Source of the DNA: a virus
Taxonomy: Duplodnaviria; Caudoviricetes
Virus record (IMG/VR): IMGVR_UViG_3300020149_000002
Span: 1-39,403 of that record
Length of the DNA stretch: 39,403 nucleotides
Reading direction: 5' to 3' (one strand)
Under the pieces are notes generated by a model. The model ran no database searches. It saw nothing but the letters and a program-made list of their open reading frames with translations, and had not been told where the DNA came from. This document shows, piece by piece, positions 6,716-16,847 of the stretch (position 1 is its first letter; every line of letters starts with the position of its first letter). Made by a program: the position numbers and the translations under genes.

Positions 6716-7357
6716 TTATATCGGTAAGTCTTCATCCGTAGCCGGCGCGTAGGCTGCGCCGAGGTAGCCGCCGATCGTTCCGGCCACATCGCCAAAGCCT
6801 GCGTCATCATCCATCTCGCTCTCGCCACCAGAGGCGAAGGCAAAGGTGCCGGTCAGCTCGATCACACCCACACGGACGCCGGCAGCAACGGTACGCTGCA
6901 CAATGCGGCCGAATTGGTAAGGTGACATACCTACCTCATTGATCCGCGCCAGCGGAACCTGAATGATAGATATAGCTGCCGGCTCCGGGGCAACCGGATC
7001 ATCATATAGTTCTTTGATGCGGACCTCGCTCGGCGCACAATCGAGCGCCGTCGACAGCACGCGAATGATCGTATTGATATCGCCGGTCGACAGATTGCGC
7101 GCGATCTTAGACTTGATCAGGATGCGGTAGACCTCGTCCGTGGCCACACCCCGCGGTTGGACCACGTTGCCGCCGATCCGGTCGAGTGTGGTTCCGGCCG
7201 CTTGGTCGATATCGCGCCAAGCGCGGGTACGATTCTGCGCCTCCTCCAGCGCCTGCAGCTGCTCGGTCATGATGCCGAGCAGCTTGCCAAGGTTGCTATT
7301 TGGTGCCTTGGCGAATACATCCGTCAGCCGGCGTATGACATCAGCGAGAGTAATCAT
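6716..7357 (-). CDS. Baseplate wedge protein
   Basis: DID.A.G.TLD.IG.....R....DE.YR.LIK.KI motif; sits after baseplate J. Confidence 0.75.
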   Translation of the reverse strand: MITLADVIRRLTDVFAKAPNSNLGKLLGIMTEQLQALEEAQNRTRAWRDIDQAAGTTLDRIGGNVVQPRGVATDEVYRILIKSKIARNLSTGDINTIIRVLSTALDCAPSEVRIKELYDDPVAPEPAAISIIQVPLARINEVGMSPYQFGRIVQRTVAAGVRVGVIELTGTFAFASGGESEMDDDAGFGDVAGTIGGYLGAAYAPATDEDLPI

Positions 7358-8532
7358 GATGCGATCACCACCGTAATTACACCGTGCGCCGTTTGCGCCA
7401 CCTCATTTGCCGCGATGGAGAGGTTGGACGTACCCCATGTTGTACCGTCTGTGCTGAGCTCGATCGCCACGTCGACAATGCCCTCGACACTGTACGCAGC
7501 CGATATTAAGCGAGAGATGACGACGCCCTCCCCCATATTTAGCCCGACATAGACGCTACCATCAGCGTCTTCCCCGCCCACGTAACGGATCACCGCCGAT
7601 GTCAGTTGAGCTGCGCCGTCGGCCGGAAAGCGGACGTCTGTGGACACCGTCATTCGGATGTGTGCCGTCACCTCGTCGGCGTAACTGAATTTCATTTCGT
7701 GGCCAAACCCGCCATCGTCCTGAACAATCACGCTCTCGCTACCCCACGGCTGGATGCCTGCCGCCTTAACGGCCAGTATGGTCTGGCCGATGTCCGAGGG
7801 CTCACCGCCCAGCACGTAGGCCTCAAACGATTTTGGCGGCCTGCCGTCACCGTCCGCCGTGCTGGTGTAATTCTCAATAACTGTGGCGGCTCGCACGCCG
7901 CTCACCCGCAGCAACGCGCCGCGAATGGAGTCGAGCGTCGCCGCACCTCCGCCAGCCACGGATAGCCGAAAGCGGTCGCGGAATTCGGTGTCCGTCTCTA
8001 CCTCGCGCCCGCCGCCCGTCTCCGCAGCGTTGGTGACGGCCGTGACGCTTGGCGTCGGGTTGACGATAATCGTGATCTGCCCGGCCGCCACGTTGCCGCT
8101 GCGGCCGGCGGTGACGGCCCGAATGGGTGCATCGCCTGTGCCGCTGGCCAACGTAACGTCATCCGCGATTTCAAACAACACTCCCGAGCTGGTGGCGATG
8201 CGGAAGCCGGCAGGCACGGTGTAGCCGGATGTTCCGGTAAACGTCACGCTGCCGGTTGCTCGCATCGCCTGGATGCGCTGAATACCTACATACGGGCCGA
8301 GGCGTGACAGGCTTGCCCTGGTAGCTGTGTTAATATATCCGCTGTTGTAAACGTCCTCTGCATTTTGCCAGGATAGGCTCAAAAACCAAGCGTATAACCG
8401 CAGGATAATACCGATCGGCGAGCGCTCAGATGTGTTGATTTGCGCGCCAAACGCCTCCTTGGCCTTTTCCTCCATCTCCAGTACAAGCTCTGCAAAACGC
8501 TTGCGCTTAAATCCGGTGCTATCCAGTGCCAC
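7354..8532 (-). CDS. Baseplate J / gp47-family protein
   Basis: A.G.V.F.G...G.SGNV....I...VTN...GG...ETD.E.R.R motifs. Confidence 0.9.
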   Translation of the reverse strand: MALDSTGFKRKRFAELVLEMEEKAKEAFGAQINTSERSPIGIILRLYAWFLSLSWQNAEDVYNSGYINTATRASLSRLGPYVGIQRIQAMRATGSVTFTGTSGYTVPAGFRIATSSGVLFEIADDVTLASGTGDAPIRAVTAGRSGNVAAGQITIIVNPTPSVTAVTNAAETGGGREVETDTEFRDRFRLSVAGGGAATLDSIRGALLRVSGVRAATVIENYTSTADGDGRPPKSFEAYVLGGEPSDIGQTILAVKAAGIQPWGSESVIVQDDGGFGHEMKFSYADEVTAHIRMTVSTDVRFPADGAAQLTSAVIRYVGGEDADGSVYVGLNMGEGVVISRLISAAYSVEGIVDVAIELSTDGTTWGTSNLSIAANEVAQTAHGVITVVIAS

Positions 8533-8872
8533 CCTCCACCACCTCCCCCGTTACGGCCGTCGCCCGGAACGTCACGAGACTTTGGCGAGCTGCCGTATCC
8601 ATCTGGACGTTAATCTCGTCGATCGTCGCGATTCGCGGTTCCTGCCGGAGACCGGCGCGAACTTGTTCCTTGACAGCTTCCTCGCTGATCCGCTTTCCGT
8701 TGAGCTTGGAAAAGTCGATACCCAGCTCAGGATTTAGAAACCACTCACCCTTATTGGTGCCGAGGACCAACCTGCAGCATTGGCCGAGCTCATCGGCCCC
8801 GTCGATCATTACAAGATCGCCGCTGTCATCAATTACCAGGTCGCCGTCGCCGCTCAGCTTTGGAGACTGCAC
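8519..8872 (-). CDS. Baseplate protein (gp25/gp46-like, DUF2634-like)
   Basis: GDL....Q..RL.L.T..GEWFL.P..G motif; synteny. Confidence 0.75.
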   Translation of the reverse strand: MQSPKLSGDGDLVIDDSGDLVMIDGADELGQCCRLVLGTNKGEWFLNPELGIDFSKLNGKRISEEAVKEQVRAGLRQEPRIATIDEINVQMDTAARQSLVTFRATAVTGEVVEGGTG

Positions 8873-9252
8873 GGAAACACCCCCACGATGACTGCGTCAT
8901 TAATATCATGCGCTCGGCTACTGTCCGGCTTCGCTGTTTGCCCTGTCTGCGCTGTCTTGATGTGCCGATCTGCGCAGACCACATACACGGTATCGCCAAG
9001 ATGCAGGTCTGGTAGCAGCATTAAGGTGCCGCCGCCCTCTGCGCGAAACCTCTGGCCGAGTGCAGGAACGTTGAGGATCGGCGCCGGACTGTTTGGACCG
9101 AGTTGCAGCAGGGGGACAACCGTCGCCTTGCCCATAACTGAGTCAAAAGCAGTTACCCGGCAAGGCAAAGCGACACGCAGCTCCGCAGCTCGCTTGTCAA
9201 TCGCATTTGTAATGAGTTCGGCCAGCGCGCCGGCCGGATCGTTGTTACTCAT
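8854..9252 (-). CDS. Baseplate spike protein (Gp138 N-terminal-like)
   Basis: LP..V..FD....A.V.PL...GD.V.V..ADR.I...R.H...DA motif. Confidence 0.7.
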   Translation of the reverse strand: MSNNDPAGALAELITNAIDKRAAELRVALPCRVTAFDSVMGKATVVPLLQLGPNSPAPILNVPALGQRFRAEGGGTLMLLPDLHLGDTVYVVCADRHIKTAQTGQTAKPDSSRAHDINDAVIVGVFPCSLQS

Positions 9253-10049
9253 GGCAAAATCGCCTCCATTTCCGTGGTGAAATCACCTGAACGGCTAAAT
9301 TTGTGGCTACCGCTGCGGACGTGCACACGGCCAGAAAACTGCCTGCTGGCCAGATCAACGACCGATGCGGTCGTGATTCTGTATTGCAACTGCGACTTGA
9401 TTTTGTAGCCGCTGAAATCTTTATCCTCGAAAAACTCCGGCGAGCCAATCAAACCGGTATCCACAGAGAGCGAGAACACATCATCAGCGCCAACTCGAAG
9501 ATTACGAACATAGAGTTTGCCCTTGTTGACGTAGGCGCTTGTCCCGCAGTCTGCCGCTACATCGCTAATGATCTTTGTCACCTCACCGCTGGCCGTGTAA
9601 CCGTCCTCATAGCGGTAGTCCTGGTTAAGATCGAGTTGCGCAATTGGCAGCCCGAGCTGGGCGGCCATCTCTTTGAGGATGTAGCTGGCGAGCGTACCTT
9701 CCGTGTAAGCGACGTCGGTTACCTTGCGGGCCGAGAGGTCTTCGCTGTCCAGCACATGGATCGTTGTGATCTTATCGACGCCCGACCACTTGGTCTGTAC
9801 CTTTGACACAAAGCCGTGCAAGATCACCCCGACGTCTCCGCGGTAACCTGCGTTGATGATCGCTGTCATACCGCGTTTGATACGCTGAATGGTGCTGTCT
9901 GTAAGGTTCCAGATTTGCACCGCGCTCTCGTTGGGCAGGGGGTCGTTGTCAAACGGCACCGTACCCTCGATAGCGAAATCCGACATCGAAAAACTTTGGT
10001 CGCCGATCATCACCTCGACAACACGCCAGAAATTAGGCATCCGCCGCAC
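9249..10049 (-). CDS. Baseplate hub protein
   Basis: PN.....IWNL...I.AGY..D.G.I..G and TGLIGSP motifs; synteny. Confidence 0.75.
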   Translation of the reverse strand: MRRMPNFWRVVEVMIGDQSFSMSDFAIEGTVPFDNDPLPNESAVQIWNLTDSTIQRIKRGMTAIINAGYRGDVGVILHGFVSKVQTKWSGVDKITTIHVLDSEDLSARKVTDVAYTEGTLASYILKEMAAQLGLPIAQLDLNQDYRYEDGYTASGEVTKIISDVAADCGTSAYVNKGKLYVRNLRVGADDVFSLSVDTGLIGSPEFFEDKDFSGYKIKSQLQYRITTASVVDLASRQFSGRVHVRSGSHKFSRSGDFTTEMEAILP

Positions 10050-10353
10050 CCCCTACAAACAGAAAAACGGTCTCACCGAGCGTTGCCCAGATCACGTCAT
10101 CACTGACGCCAGACTCGTCGTAAGGCACGATGTCCACAGCCGGGAACAGCGTCGCGTCGTGGACATCGCCGAATAACGGAACGCCATACACCAAACGCAC
10201 GCCGGAAGCCAGCAGTACGCCGTCGCGCTCCAGATCGGCCGTGAAAAAATCGTATTCGCTGTTATAGTGAATTTCGAACGTGAATACCGCGCTGGCAAGA
10301 GACACGTCAAATCGGTACGGTATCAGGTTTTTGTCAATCTCGATGTAGTCCAT
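10033..10353 (-). CDS. Baseplate (plug-type) protein
   Basis: YIEIDK..IPY.F...L....F.F...YN..DFFT.DL; synteny. Confidence 0.65.
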   Translation of the reverse strand: MDYIEIDKNLIPYRFDVSLASAVFTFEIHYNSEYDFFTADLERDGVLLASGVRLVYGVPLFGDVHDATLFPAVDIVPYDESGVSDDVIWATLGETVFLFVGGAADA

Positions 10354-10848
10354 TTATGCACCTGCCCACGGGCTGCCCGCTTTAAACTCTACTTTCTTGA
10401 CTTCCTCTTTCTTGGTGCCGGCTGCTTTACTCTTTACTTGTTTGCGGCCGGAACTGATCACCGGCGCAGCCTGTGCGCGGATCGGCGGCGGCAGACTCTC
10501 TACGTAGGACGCTTTTGCGATCCGCACGGCGACCAAAGAGGCGCTAAATGCAAAGCCGTTTGCCGTTTTGTAGTCATGCGTCGTGGACAAGCCTTTGAGC
10601 AGGCCGGAAAAATAATTCCGGCCGTCATACTCCACGATCCTGCCGGCATTCTGCGCGCTGATCAGATATTCCTTGATCCGCGCCGCGTCGTCGCCGGTTA
10701 CGTAACCACTGATCGACATGGCTGCCGCTTTAGCCTGCACGTGGTCGCTGGTATTGACGCCTGATTCGACCGGCTGTTCCGTGATATCCACGTCATAAGC
10801 CGGCTGCTCGCTCTCCACGGTGATATAATACCCATCAATCGTTGCCAT
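10354..10848 (-). CDS. Tail tube initiator / Dit-like baseplate protein
   Basis: E......IT..PVE.G....DHV motif; after the tape measure; start moved to MATIDG. Confidence 0.65.
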   Translation of the reverse strand: MATIDGYYITVESEQPAYDVDITEQPVESGVNTSDHVQAKAAAMSISGYVTGDDAARIKEYLISAQNAGRIVEYDGRNYFSGLLKGLSTTHDYKTANGFAFSASLVAVRIAKASYVESLPPPIRAQAAPVISSGRKQVKSKAAGTKKEEVKKVEFKAGSPWAGA

Positions 10849-13063
10849 AGGCGACATCCACCCCCAAACCCAGTCGACGCAGCGCGCTTTCAACGACCTC
10901 TTGAAGCATTTCTTTTAGAGTTGGCTCGATTTCACCCATCACCTCGGCGCTCACGTTTCCGCTTGCGTTTATGTTCAGGTTGAAGTCGATTTGCATTTGC
11001 ATTCGCTGGTTCGATCCCCCGCCACCAGACACCGTCGCGGGCGGCAAACTAGCCGCAGGGGCATCGTGCGGATCGATAACCTGCTCAGCGAGCCCCACCG
11101 AAGCCTGGCTGACCGTATCACCGGTGCTGTCGATACCTTGCGCCAGCCCCTCGCCTGTCCAATACCCGACTTCCATCATCACGCGAGAGGGAGAGTGGAT
11201 ACCAAGAAAGCCCTTGATTCCGTCCGTAATCCCGCTTGCGATGTCTTTGATGGTGTTAACGGCCATGTCCTTCATATTCAGCACACCGTCAATGAGCCCC
11301 TGGATAATGTTCTTCCCGATGTCAAACAAACTAAAGCTCTTGAAAAACGAAACGACGCTATCCCACATGCCCGTGACCGCAGACCAGAGCGAAGTAGCCT
11401 GCCCGGTAACGTCTGCGACGATCGCATCCCAAATGCCGGAAAGGAAATCAGAAATGGCTGTGAAGCAGTTGACCGTGAAGTTTTGGATGTCATCCCAGAA
11501 GTAGATAACCAGCATGACCAAGGGGGCCAGCGGCCCGGTAATCAAAGCCAACGCATAAGGCCAATACTCAGCAAGAAAACTACCTATGGCATGAAAAGCT
11601 GCAGCCGTTGCGTCCTTAAACCAATTCCACTTGTCGACAAGCCACGGAGCAATCGAGCCCCAGTTTTTGAATATCAAAATCAGACCGGCTACGGCCGCCC
11701 CGACCGCAAGTGCAATGCCGATGATGGGCAACCACGGTGCAATCGCCGCCCAGCCGGCTACGGCCGCCGCCCATTGGACCGTTACCCACGCCCACATAGC
11801 TGGGCCGAGGGAGTATAAGATCACGGCCGCAAAGGCAACCAGCGCGGGAATGATTACGTCCGCATTGTGTGCGAGAAATGATAGACCGCCGGCCACAATG
11901 TCAATAGCAGTACCCAACGTGCTACCAAGTGCTGCGCCGAACGACTCGATTTCCGGCTTGTGGCTCGCCATCCATTGCCCGAACCGCGTGAGGTAGGGCA
12001 GCAGCTTTTCACCGACCGGAATCAGGATTCCGGTCTCGAGCTGCCGCCCAAACATCGCAAAGGCTTGGCCAGGCGTATCGAACTTTATTTTGTTGATCTC
12101 ATCCATCGACTGTTTGGTCATGTCGAATTGGTTTTGGGCTGTGCCCATCGCAAAAATGACGTCTTTTTGCAGGTCTTCAAATTGCGAACCAAATAGATTA
12201 ACGGCGATCGTATTCTGCGCAACCGGATCGGCGACGTCGCTGATCATCCGCGTTATTTGTGTAAACGCCGCCTTGGCCTTGGGTCCGCCGGTGGCGAATG
12301 TCTGCATCATGGCATCTACATCAAGGCCGAGCATCTTAAACGCATCGCTTGTGGTCTGCGAGCCATCCTTTGCCCGCAGGTTAAACTCTTTGACGGCGTC
12401 GCCCACCTTGTCGAGATTAAAAGCACCAGATTCCAACCCGGCGCTGAACGTATCAAACATTTCGTTAGCCGTAAAGCCTAGGGCGGCAAACTGAGGTGCG
12501 TACTCGTTGGCTGAATCCAATAGCTCACCGGATTTGTCCAACCCTTTCTGCGCACCTTGCGCAAGGAGACTAAACGCCTGCTGTGAGTTAATGCCGAATT
12601 TTTGCATCATCGTGTCCGCTGTCCTGATGGACTCGTTGACTTCAAATCCGAAAGCGTCTCGCAATAGCAGGGCATCCTTCGTCGTGGCCTCCAGCGCAGC
12701 CCCAGTTTCTCCGGTGATTTGCTTGACCGTCGAAATGGCTTGTCCGAGGTCGTCCCAGTTTTCGCCGAAGTTCGCGCTGTACAGGTTTTTCGCGATTTCC
12801 CGCGTGTCCTGCATCTGCTCAGTCGTTTGACCCGTTGCACCTTGGACAGACGACATCGCCTTTTCAAACTCCGACGCGGCATGAATGGCAGCAACGCCGA
12901 ATCCGGCCAGCGCAGCGCCGGCCGCAAGACCAAATCCAATCACGCCCGCTTTCAGCTTGTCAACCTTATCTTCTGTCTCCCGGAGACCGCGATCGCTAAT
13001 TTTAAAGCCAACCGCATACATGAGGTTGCTTATGATTCCCAAACTCTCACCTCCCCTCGGCAA
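10835..13063 (-). CDS. Tail tape measure protein
   Basis: 742 aa, Ala/Gly-rich, Trp-spaced repeats, LGIHSPSRVM motif; true start probably the TTG near 13042. Confidence 0.92.
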   Translation of the reverse strand: MPRGGESLGIISNLMYAVGFKISDRGLRETEDKVDKLKAGVIGFGLAAGAALAGFGVAAIHAASEFEKAMSSVQGATGQTTEQMQDTREIAKNLYSANFGENWDDLGQAISTVKQITGETGAALEATTKDALLLRDAFGFEVNESIRTADTMMQKFGINSQQAFSLLAQGAQKGLDKSGELLDSANEYAPQFAALGFTANEMFDTFSAGLESGAFNLDKVGDAVKEFNLRAKDGSQTTSDAFKMLGLDVDAMMQTFATGGPKAKAAFTQITRMISDVADPVAQNTIAVNLFGSQFEDLQKDVIFAMGTAQNQFDMTKQSMDEINKIKFDTPGQAFAMFGRQLETGILIPVGEKLLPYLTRFGQWMASHKPEIESFGAALGSTLGTAIDIVAGGLSFLAHNADVIIPALVAFAAVILYSLGPAMWAWVTVQWAAAVAGWAAIAPWLPIIGIALAVGAAVAGLILIFKNWGSIAPWLVDKWNWFKDATAAAFHAIGSFLAEYWPYALALITGPLAPLVMLVIYFWDDIQNFTVNCFTAISDFLSGIWDAIVADVTGQATSLWSAVTGMWDSVVSFFKSFSLFDIGKNIIQGLIDGVLNMKDMAVNTIKDIASGITDGIKGFLGIHSPSRVMMEVGYWTGEGLAQGIDSTGDTVSQASVGLAEQVIDPHDAPAASLPPATVSGGGGSNQRMQMQIDFNLNINASGNVSAEVMGEIEPTLKEMLQEVVESALRRLGLGVDVAYGND

Positions 13064-13094
13064 AAAAAGAAATAGTACTCACCATAGTGGGACG

Positions 13095-13283
13095 CTATTT
13101 CCTCGGCCTGCTATTTGCTTTCCTCTGTTCTTCGAGATGGATATCCAGGGCGGCGTTCGCCTCTTCCAGATCATCCGGGTCGAGCGAATCCAGCTCGCTG
13201 TAGCTGATCATGCCGGCGATGAGTAGCCTCCACTGCTTCCAGTTTTTCCGCGCCCGCAGCTTAGCTTCCTGTGGACTGATCAT
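13095..13283 (-). CDS. Second tail assembly chaperone-region protein (62 aa)
   Basis: MISPQEAKLRARKNWKQWRL...EANAALD; GAGGA SD inside the upstream gene; typical pre-tape-measure position. Confidence 0.6.
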   Translation of the reverse strand: MISPQEAKLRARKNWKQWRLLIAGMISYSELDSLDPDDLEEANAALDIHLEEQRKANSRPRK

Positions 13284-13548
13284 CTGGGTCGTCCTCGATA
13301 CCGTTGATAAATTTGACGGCGGCGCCGATGACCTCGTTAAATTCGCCGATGTCGTCGCCAAAATCCTCGATCCGCATTTTTGGCGACACGACAACATGCT
13401 CCAACACATCGTCGGCGATACGTTCGTCCGACGGTACACCGTGCTTATTTTTGGCCCGGTCGCGGATTTGCGTCACCTTGCGGATGCCAGGAAATTGCAG
13501 GGTATATTCTTTGCCCTTGGAAGATACAAATTTTCTTTGCTTGAACAT
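13261..13548 (-). CDS. Tail assembly chaperone
   Basis: Between tube and tape measure; AAAGGAG SD. Confidence 0.65.
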   Translation of the reverse strand: MFKQRKFVSSKGKEYTLQFPGIRKVTQIRDRAKNKHGVPSDERIADDVLEHVVVSPKMRIEDFGDDIGEFNEVIGAAVKFINGIEDDPDDQSTGS

Positions 13549-13571
13549 AGTCGTTTTTCGCTCCTTTGATA

Positions 13572-13970
13572 TTATTCGATTTTAAGATCAAGGCACATGA
13601 TGCTGAATTCGCGTTCCTCCGCTGAGGAGCCATACGTCCGCGTCGCCGGCTTGGTCACATACGCTTCCGTGGCCGATGACGTCTCTTTCGGGTCGTTGTT
13701 CGATATGACCGTGATCGGCACCAACTTGCCGCTGTTGGCCAGCCCGTCCAAATAAGCGACGTGTGGGCTGGATTGCTGCAAGGTGACGGTCATCGTTCCT
13801 GTGTTGTTGTTGATCTTGGCCCTGATAACATCGCCTTGAGCGCCGACCTTGGTCTCGTAATTATCTTCCGACTTCTCGATTTCGACCATTGTCGACTCGC
13901 CGAAACCCGTCAAATACACGCCGTTCACGATGACACTGACGCTCTTGGCGTCATACGTTTTGGTTGCCAC
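13572..13970 (-). CDS. Tail tube protein (DUF3277-like)
   Basis: TYD.K.V.VIV.G..LTGF.....G..G....N..G..T.TL.Q.S signature. Confidence 0.85.
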   Translation of the reverse strand: MATKTYDAKSVSVIVNGVYLTGFGESTMVEIEKSEDNYETKVGAQGDVIRAKINNNTGTMTVTLQQSSPHVAYLDGLANSGKLVPITVISNNDPKETSSATEAYVTKPATRTYGSSAEEREFSIMCLDLKIE

Positions 13971-13985
13971 TGCCTACATCCTCCT

Positions 13986-14993
13986 TTATACCCGGATTTC
14001 ACCGCGGAAGGTTGTTTGATGGATTGCGCCGGCGAGATCAAACCAAAACGTCCCGCCTGTATAATCGCGATCAGCGCGGTCCGCCGGGTCAGTTTCGGCG
14101 CGAGTCTTAAACTGGGTGCCGTACAGACCGAGGCCGTCTTCATCTTTAGCAATAATGCCTTGATTGAAGGCTCGCTGCAGCACCGTTTTCACGGCCGCCT
14201 CAAGCTGCGCAATCCCGGTATCGTCGTAACTGATCTTGTCCGCGCCATTGAGCAGCTTTTGCACCGCATACTCAATCGAGTACTTGACGTAGTCCTTGGC
14301 GTGGATGATGTCAATGTACTCGCCGCTCATCGTCTTGCCTTCGCTGGTGACGTTGTCGCCAGCTTTGGTGACGTACGTATTCGCCCCGAGCGCGTGGATG
14401 GCTGCTAACTCCGTGGCATCGATATCCAGCGGCTGGATGCCCGTCAGGTTTTTAAATTTCCACGTCACCGAGCCGACGTCAGCGGAACCAGTTCGGCCGA
14501 CCCACGCAGCCTCTGGATACTTGGTTGTATCTGTGTGGTAAATGCCGGTCGTCCGTGTGTAACCTTCTGCCAAAATGGTCGCCAAATCCGTTTTAGAACT
14601 CGTTCTGAAAAAATATTGCCGCGAATTATCCTGCTCGACCGCCTCGGCGATCGTCATGATATCGTCCGCATCCGTCGTCACGGAAACGAGGAAGTACCAA
14701 TCTTTTAAAAAGATAGCCTCCAGCACGTCCTCGATCGTCTCCGCGGTTTCGCTTGTCTTGCGAGCGACAATCGCGATTTCCCGCGGCGAGTCGTCGCCTT
14801 GTCCGAACAACGCAGTTGCAGCCTTGTACTCCTCCGTGCTGGAGATATAGTCGACGGCCACGCCCGCCAAATCCGAATAAGTTTTATAGGCGTGGCCGGC
14901 TGTGCTCGCGCCCAAAATCAGCGGTTTACCGAACCCGAGCTTGGGTGTCGGCCGCTGGATGTCGATAATGACTGTTACGTCGCTTTTACCCAT
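13986..14993 (-). CDS. Tail sheath protein (DUF3383-like)
   Basis: GS.TWKFK.L.G, G....GEYID, KI.Y...GI and LAGAIH motifs. Confidence 0.85.
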   Translation of the reverse strand: MGKSDVTVIIDIQRPTPKLGFGKPLILGASTAGHAYKTYSDLAGVAVDYISSTEEYKAATALFGQGDDSPREIAIVARKTSETAETIEDVLEAIFLKDWYFLVSVTTDADDIMTIAEAVEQDNSRQYFFRTSSKTDLATILAEGYTRTTGIYHTDTTKYPEAAWVGRTGSADVGSVTWKFKNLTGIQPLDIDATELAAIHALGANTYVTKAGDNVTSEGKTMSGEYIDIIHAKDYVKYSIEYAVQKLLNGADKISYDDTGIAQLEAAVKTVLQRAFNQGIIAKDEDGLGLYGTQFKTRAETDPADRADRDYTGGTFWFDLAGAIHQTTFRGEIRV

Positions 14994-15477
14994 TGTCCGT
15001 CTCCTTTACTTCGGCCGATACGATCGTATCGGCCGTTGCTTCGATCACGTTCGTAGCCCGGAACGTGACCTCGAATCCATATTGATACGTCCACTCGTCG
15101 CCAACCTGTACGTCCCGATTACCCACTTGATCAGCGCGGACAACAACGATCGCGGCGGCACCATACTTCAAAGCATCGTGCCCCGCGCCCACGAACCAGT
15201 CACGAGCGCTAAGGGCCACTACCATCGCTTGCCCGCGACTCTCTGCCGTCGCCTGAAAGTCGACGATGAATTCGATCGTCTCCGTCATCGTAACTGTGCC
15301 GTTGTCGAATGTCGTGATGGGCTGTCCAGACGATTCGTCCGCGCCGACCGAAAAGTCGTACGTCATGAACGGCAGCTTCGGCGCATCGCCGGGCGGGTTG
15401 ATCTCAATGACCTTCACGCTCAATACCGCAGAGAGTCCGCGAGCAATCTCCGACCGTATGGTCTCAAACGGAATCAT
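14986..15477 (-). CDS. Tail terminator / neck protein
   Basis: Synteny; P.LPF.TY motif. Confidence 0.6.
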   Translation of the reverse strand: MIPFETIRSEIARGLSAVLSVKVIEINPPGDAPKLPFMTYDFSVGADESSGQPITTFDNGTVTMTETIEFIVDFQATAESRGQAMVVALSARDWFVGAGHDALKYGAAAIVVVRADQVGNRDVQVGDEWTYQYGFEVTFRATNVIEATADTIVSAEVKETDNG

Positions 15478-15829
15478 GCGTCGTCACCCTTTTCAGCAGA
15501 TATTTATTGTAGTCCGTGTAGTCCGGCCGCTCCCCTTCGCCGCCGACGGTGTACCGTTTACCCTGATACAAGATGATGTCGCCGTCGCGGTGCGTAGATA
15601 CCGTGTACAGCACGCGGTCGTCCTCGGTGTACTTCCCGCCGTCCATTTGCAACCAGCGGGCCGTGAGCGGCTGTATGCTGCCTCGCAAGGGCGTTTCCGC
15701 CGGCACTGGCGGTACATAGACACCGTCCTCATCGTAAGCGTCATCCGGGTCAGCCGCCGGCACGCTGACAAGCACATAGGGGGCCGAGTGGCGGGCCAGC
15801 GTGCGGGCAAAGCGAAAGATATACGTCAT
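15464..15829 (-). CDS. Head closure / head-tail joining protein
   Basis: Synteny; G.IQPL....L...G.YT..D..LY motif. Confidence 0.6.
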   Translation of the reverse strand: MTYIFRFARTLARHSAPYVLVSVPAADPDDAYDEDGVYVPPVPAETPLRGSIQPLTARWLQMDGGKYTEDDRVLYTVSTHRDGDIILYQGKRYTVGGEGERPDYTDYNKYLLKRVTTHDSV

Positions 15830-16299
15830 TCTTTCCTCACCACCTTAAATGTCAGCGAGTCCCGCAGGTGGCGTTCGTCGATCAGTAATTTCTTGTTGCC
15901 TTTGCGCCTGGCGTAAACCGGAGATAGCGCCGGTTTGCGCATCTTGTCAAAAGCGGCCTCCATCTTCGCAAGCCCTGTCTCACCGATATCTCGACAGAGC
16001 TTGTCCGGGCGCATGTTGCCGGCGGCGATCGCTTGGAATCCTGCCTTGACGAGCTTGTTAATCAATGCAGTCGCCCGGCGCTTACCGATCCTGACAAACG
16101 GTCGGCTGGGTATATTCATTTTTGTCGAACCAAACTCCAGCACGGCCGCTACCATTGCCAACTCGGCGTCACCGTCCATACCGACATGTACCTCTTTGCC
16201 GGCCAGTTCGGCGAGCCGCCGTTTAAACTGCGGCACAAGCGACGTCTCCGTGATCGTCACTGTTCCGCGCCGCGTGCGCGTCCGTCTGCCGCCGCTCAT
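15826..16299 (-). CDS. Neck / tail completion protein (HK97 gp10-like)
   Basis: V.VG...A...EFG...IP.RPF...RKG..K.LID...L..S motif. Confidence 0.7.
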   Translation of the reverse strand: MSGGRRTRTRRGTVTITETSLVPQFKRRLAELAGKEVHVGMDGDAELAMVAAVLEFGSTKMNIPSRPFVRIGKRRATALINKLVKAGFQAIAAGNMRPDKLCRDIGETGLAKMEAAFDKMRKPALSPVYARRKGNKKLLIDERHLRDSLTFKVVRKE

Positions 16300-16829
16300 G
16301 TGTTGATCGAGCGGTAAGGGCCGACGAGCGCCCGCACCGCTGGCGGCATTTTGCCATCGTCTTGAGCATACGTAACCGCCAAGTCTCCAACGCGCTCCGA
16401 CGCGACACCGGGCTCTCGCTGCATCTGCTTGATCAGAAGGATGCAGGCATATTCGATGTCTGCGGGCAGTGGCTCCACGTTTTCAATCAGCTCGTCGCCG
16501 GGCAAGATGTAACCGGCTTCGTATTCAACATCGACCGGATTTCGGCAACCTTTCTCGTGCCGGACGATGCCATACCTCGCATCGATGCTATACTCATTAA
16601 GGTCAGCGCTACCGTCAATCGATATAATCGATACAATCGGGTAGTTTCGGAGCTTCATAAACGCGCAGTCTTCAAAATGCTCGACATGCGCGGCGTGCCC
16701 GAACAGCCGATTGCAATACGTCTCAATGGTGGCCGACGCAGCGGGAATGAGCAACGCTAACTGCTCGTCATCATCAGCGGGCGCGCGCAGGAACCCGCGC
16801 GCCCGCTCCACAGTCGTTAAAAGCGACAT
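16296..16829 (-). CDS. Head-tail connector (gp6-like adaptor)
   Basis: L.T.E..R..L....DD..L..LI.AAS..IE.YCNR; Y.AGY; SE.VGD..V.Y. Confidence 0.8.
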   Translation of the reverse strand: MSLLTTVERARGFLRAPADDDEQLALLIPAASATIETYCNRLFGHAAHVEHFEDCAFMKLRNYPIVSIISIDGSADLNEYSIDARYGIVRHEKGCRNPVDVEYEAGYILPGDELIENVEPLPADIEYACILLIKQMQREPGVASERVGDLAVTYAQDDGKMPPAVRALVGPYRSINT

Positions 16830-16847
16830 GAACTCTTCACCACCTTA

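Noticed and set aside
13261-13330. Programmed -1 frameshift in the tail assembly chaperone
   Set aside because: The downstream ORF is in the +1 frame, no in-frame XXXYYYZ heptamer was found, and it has its own SD and ATG
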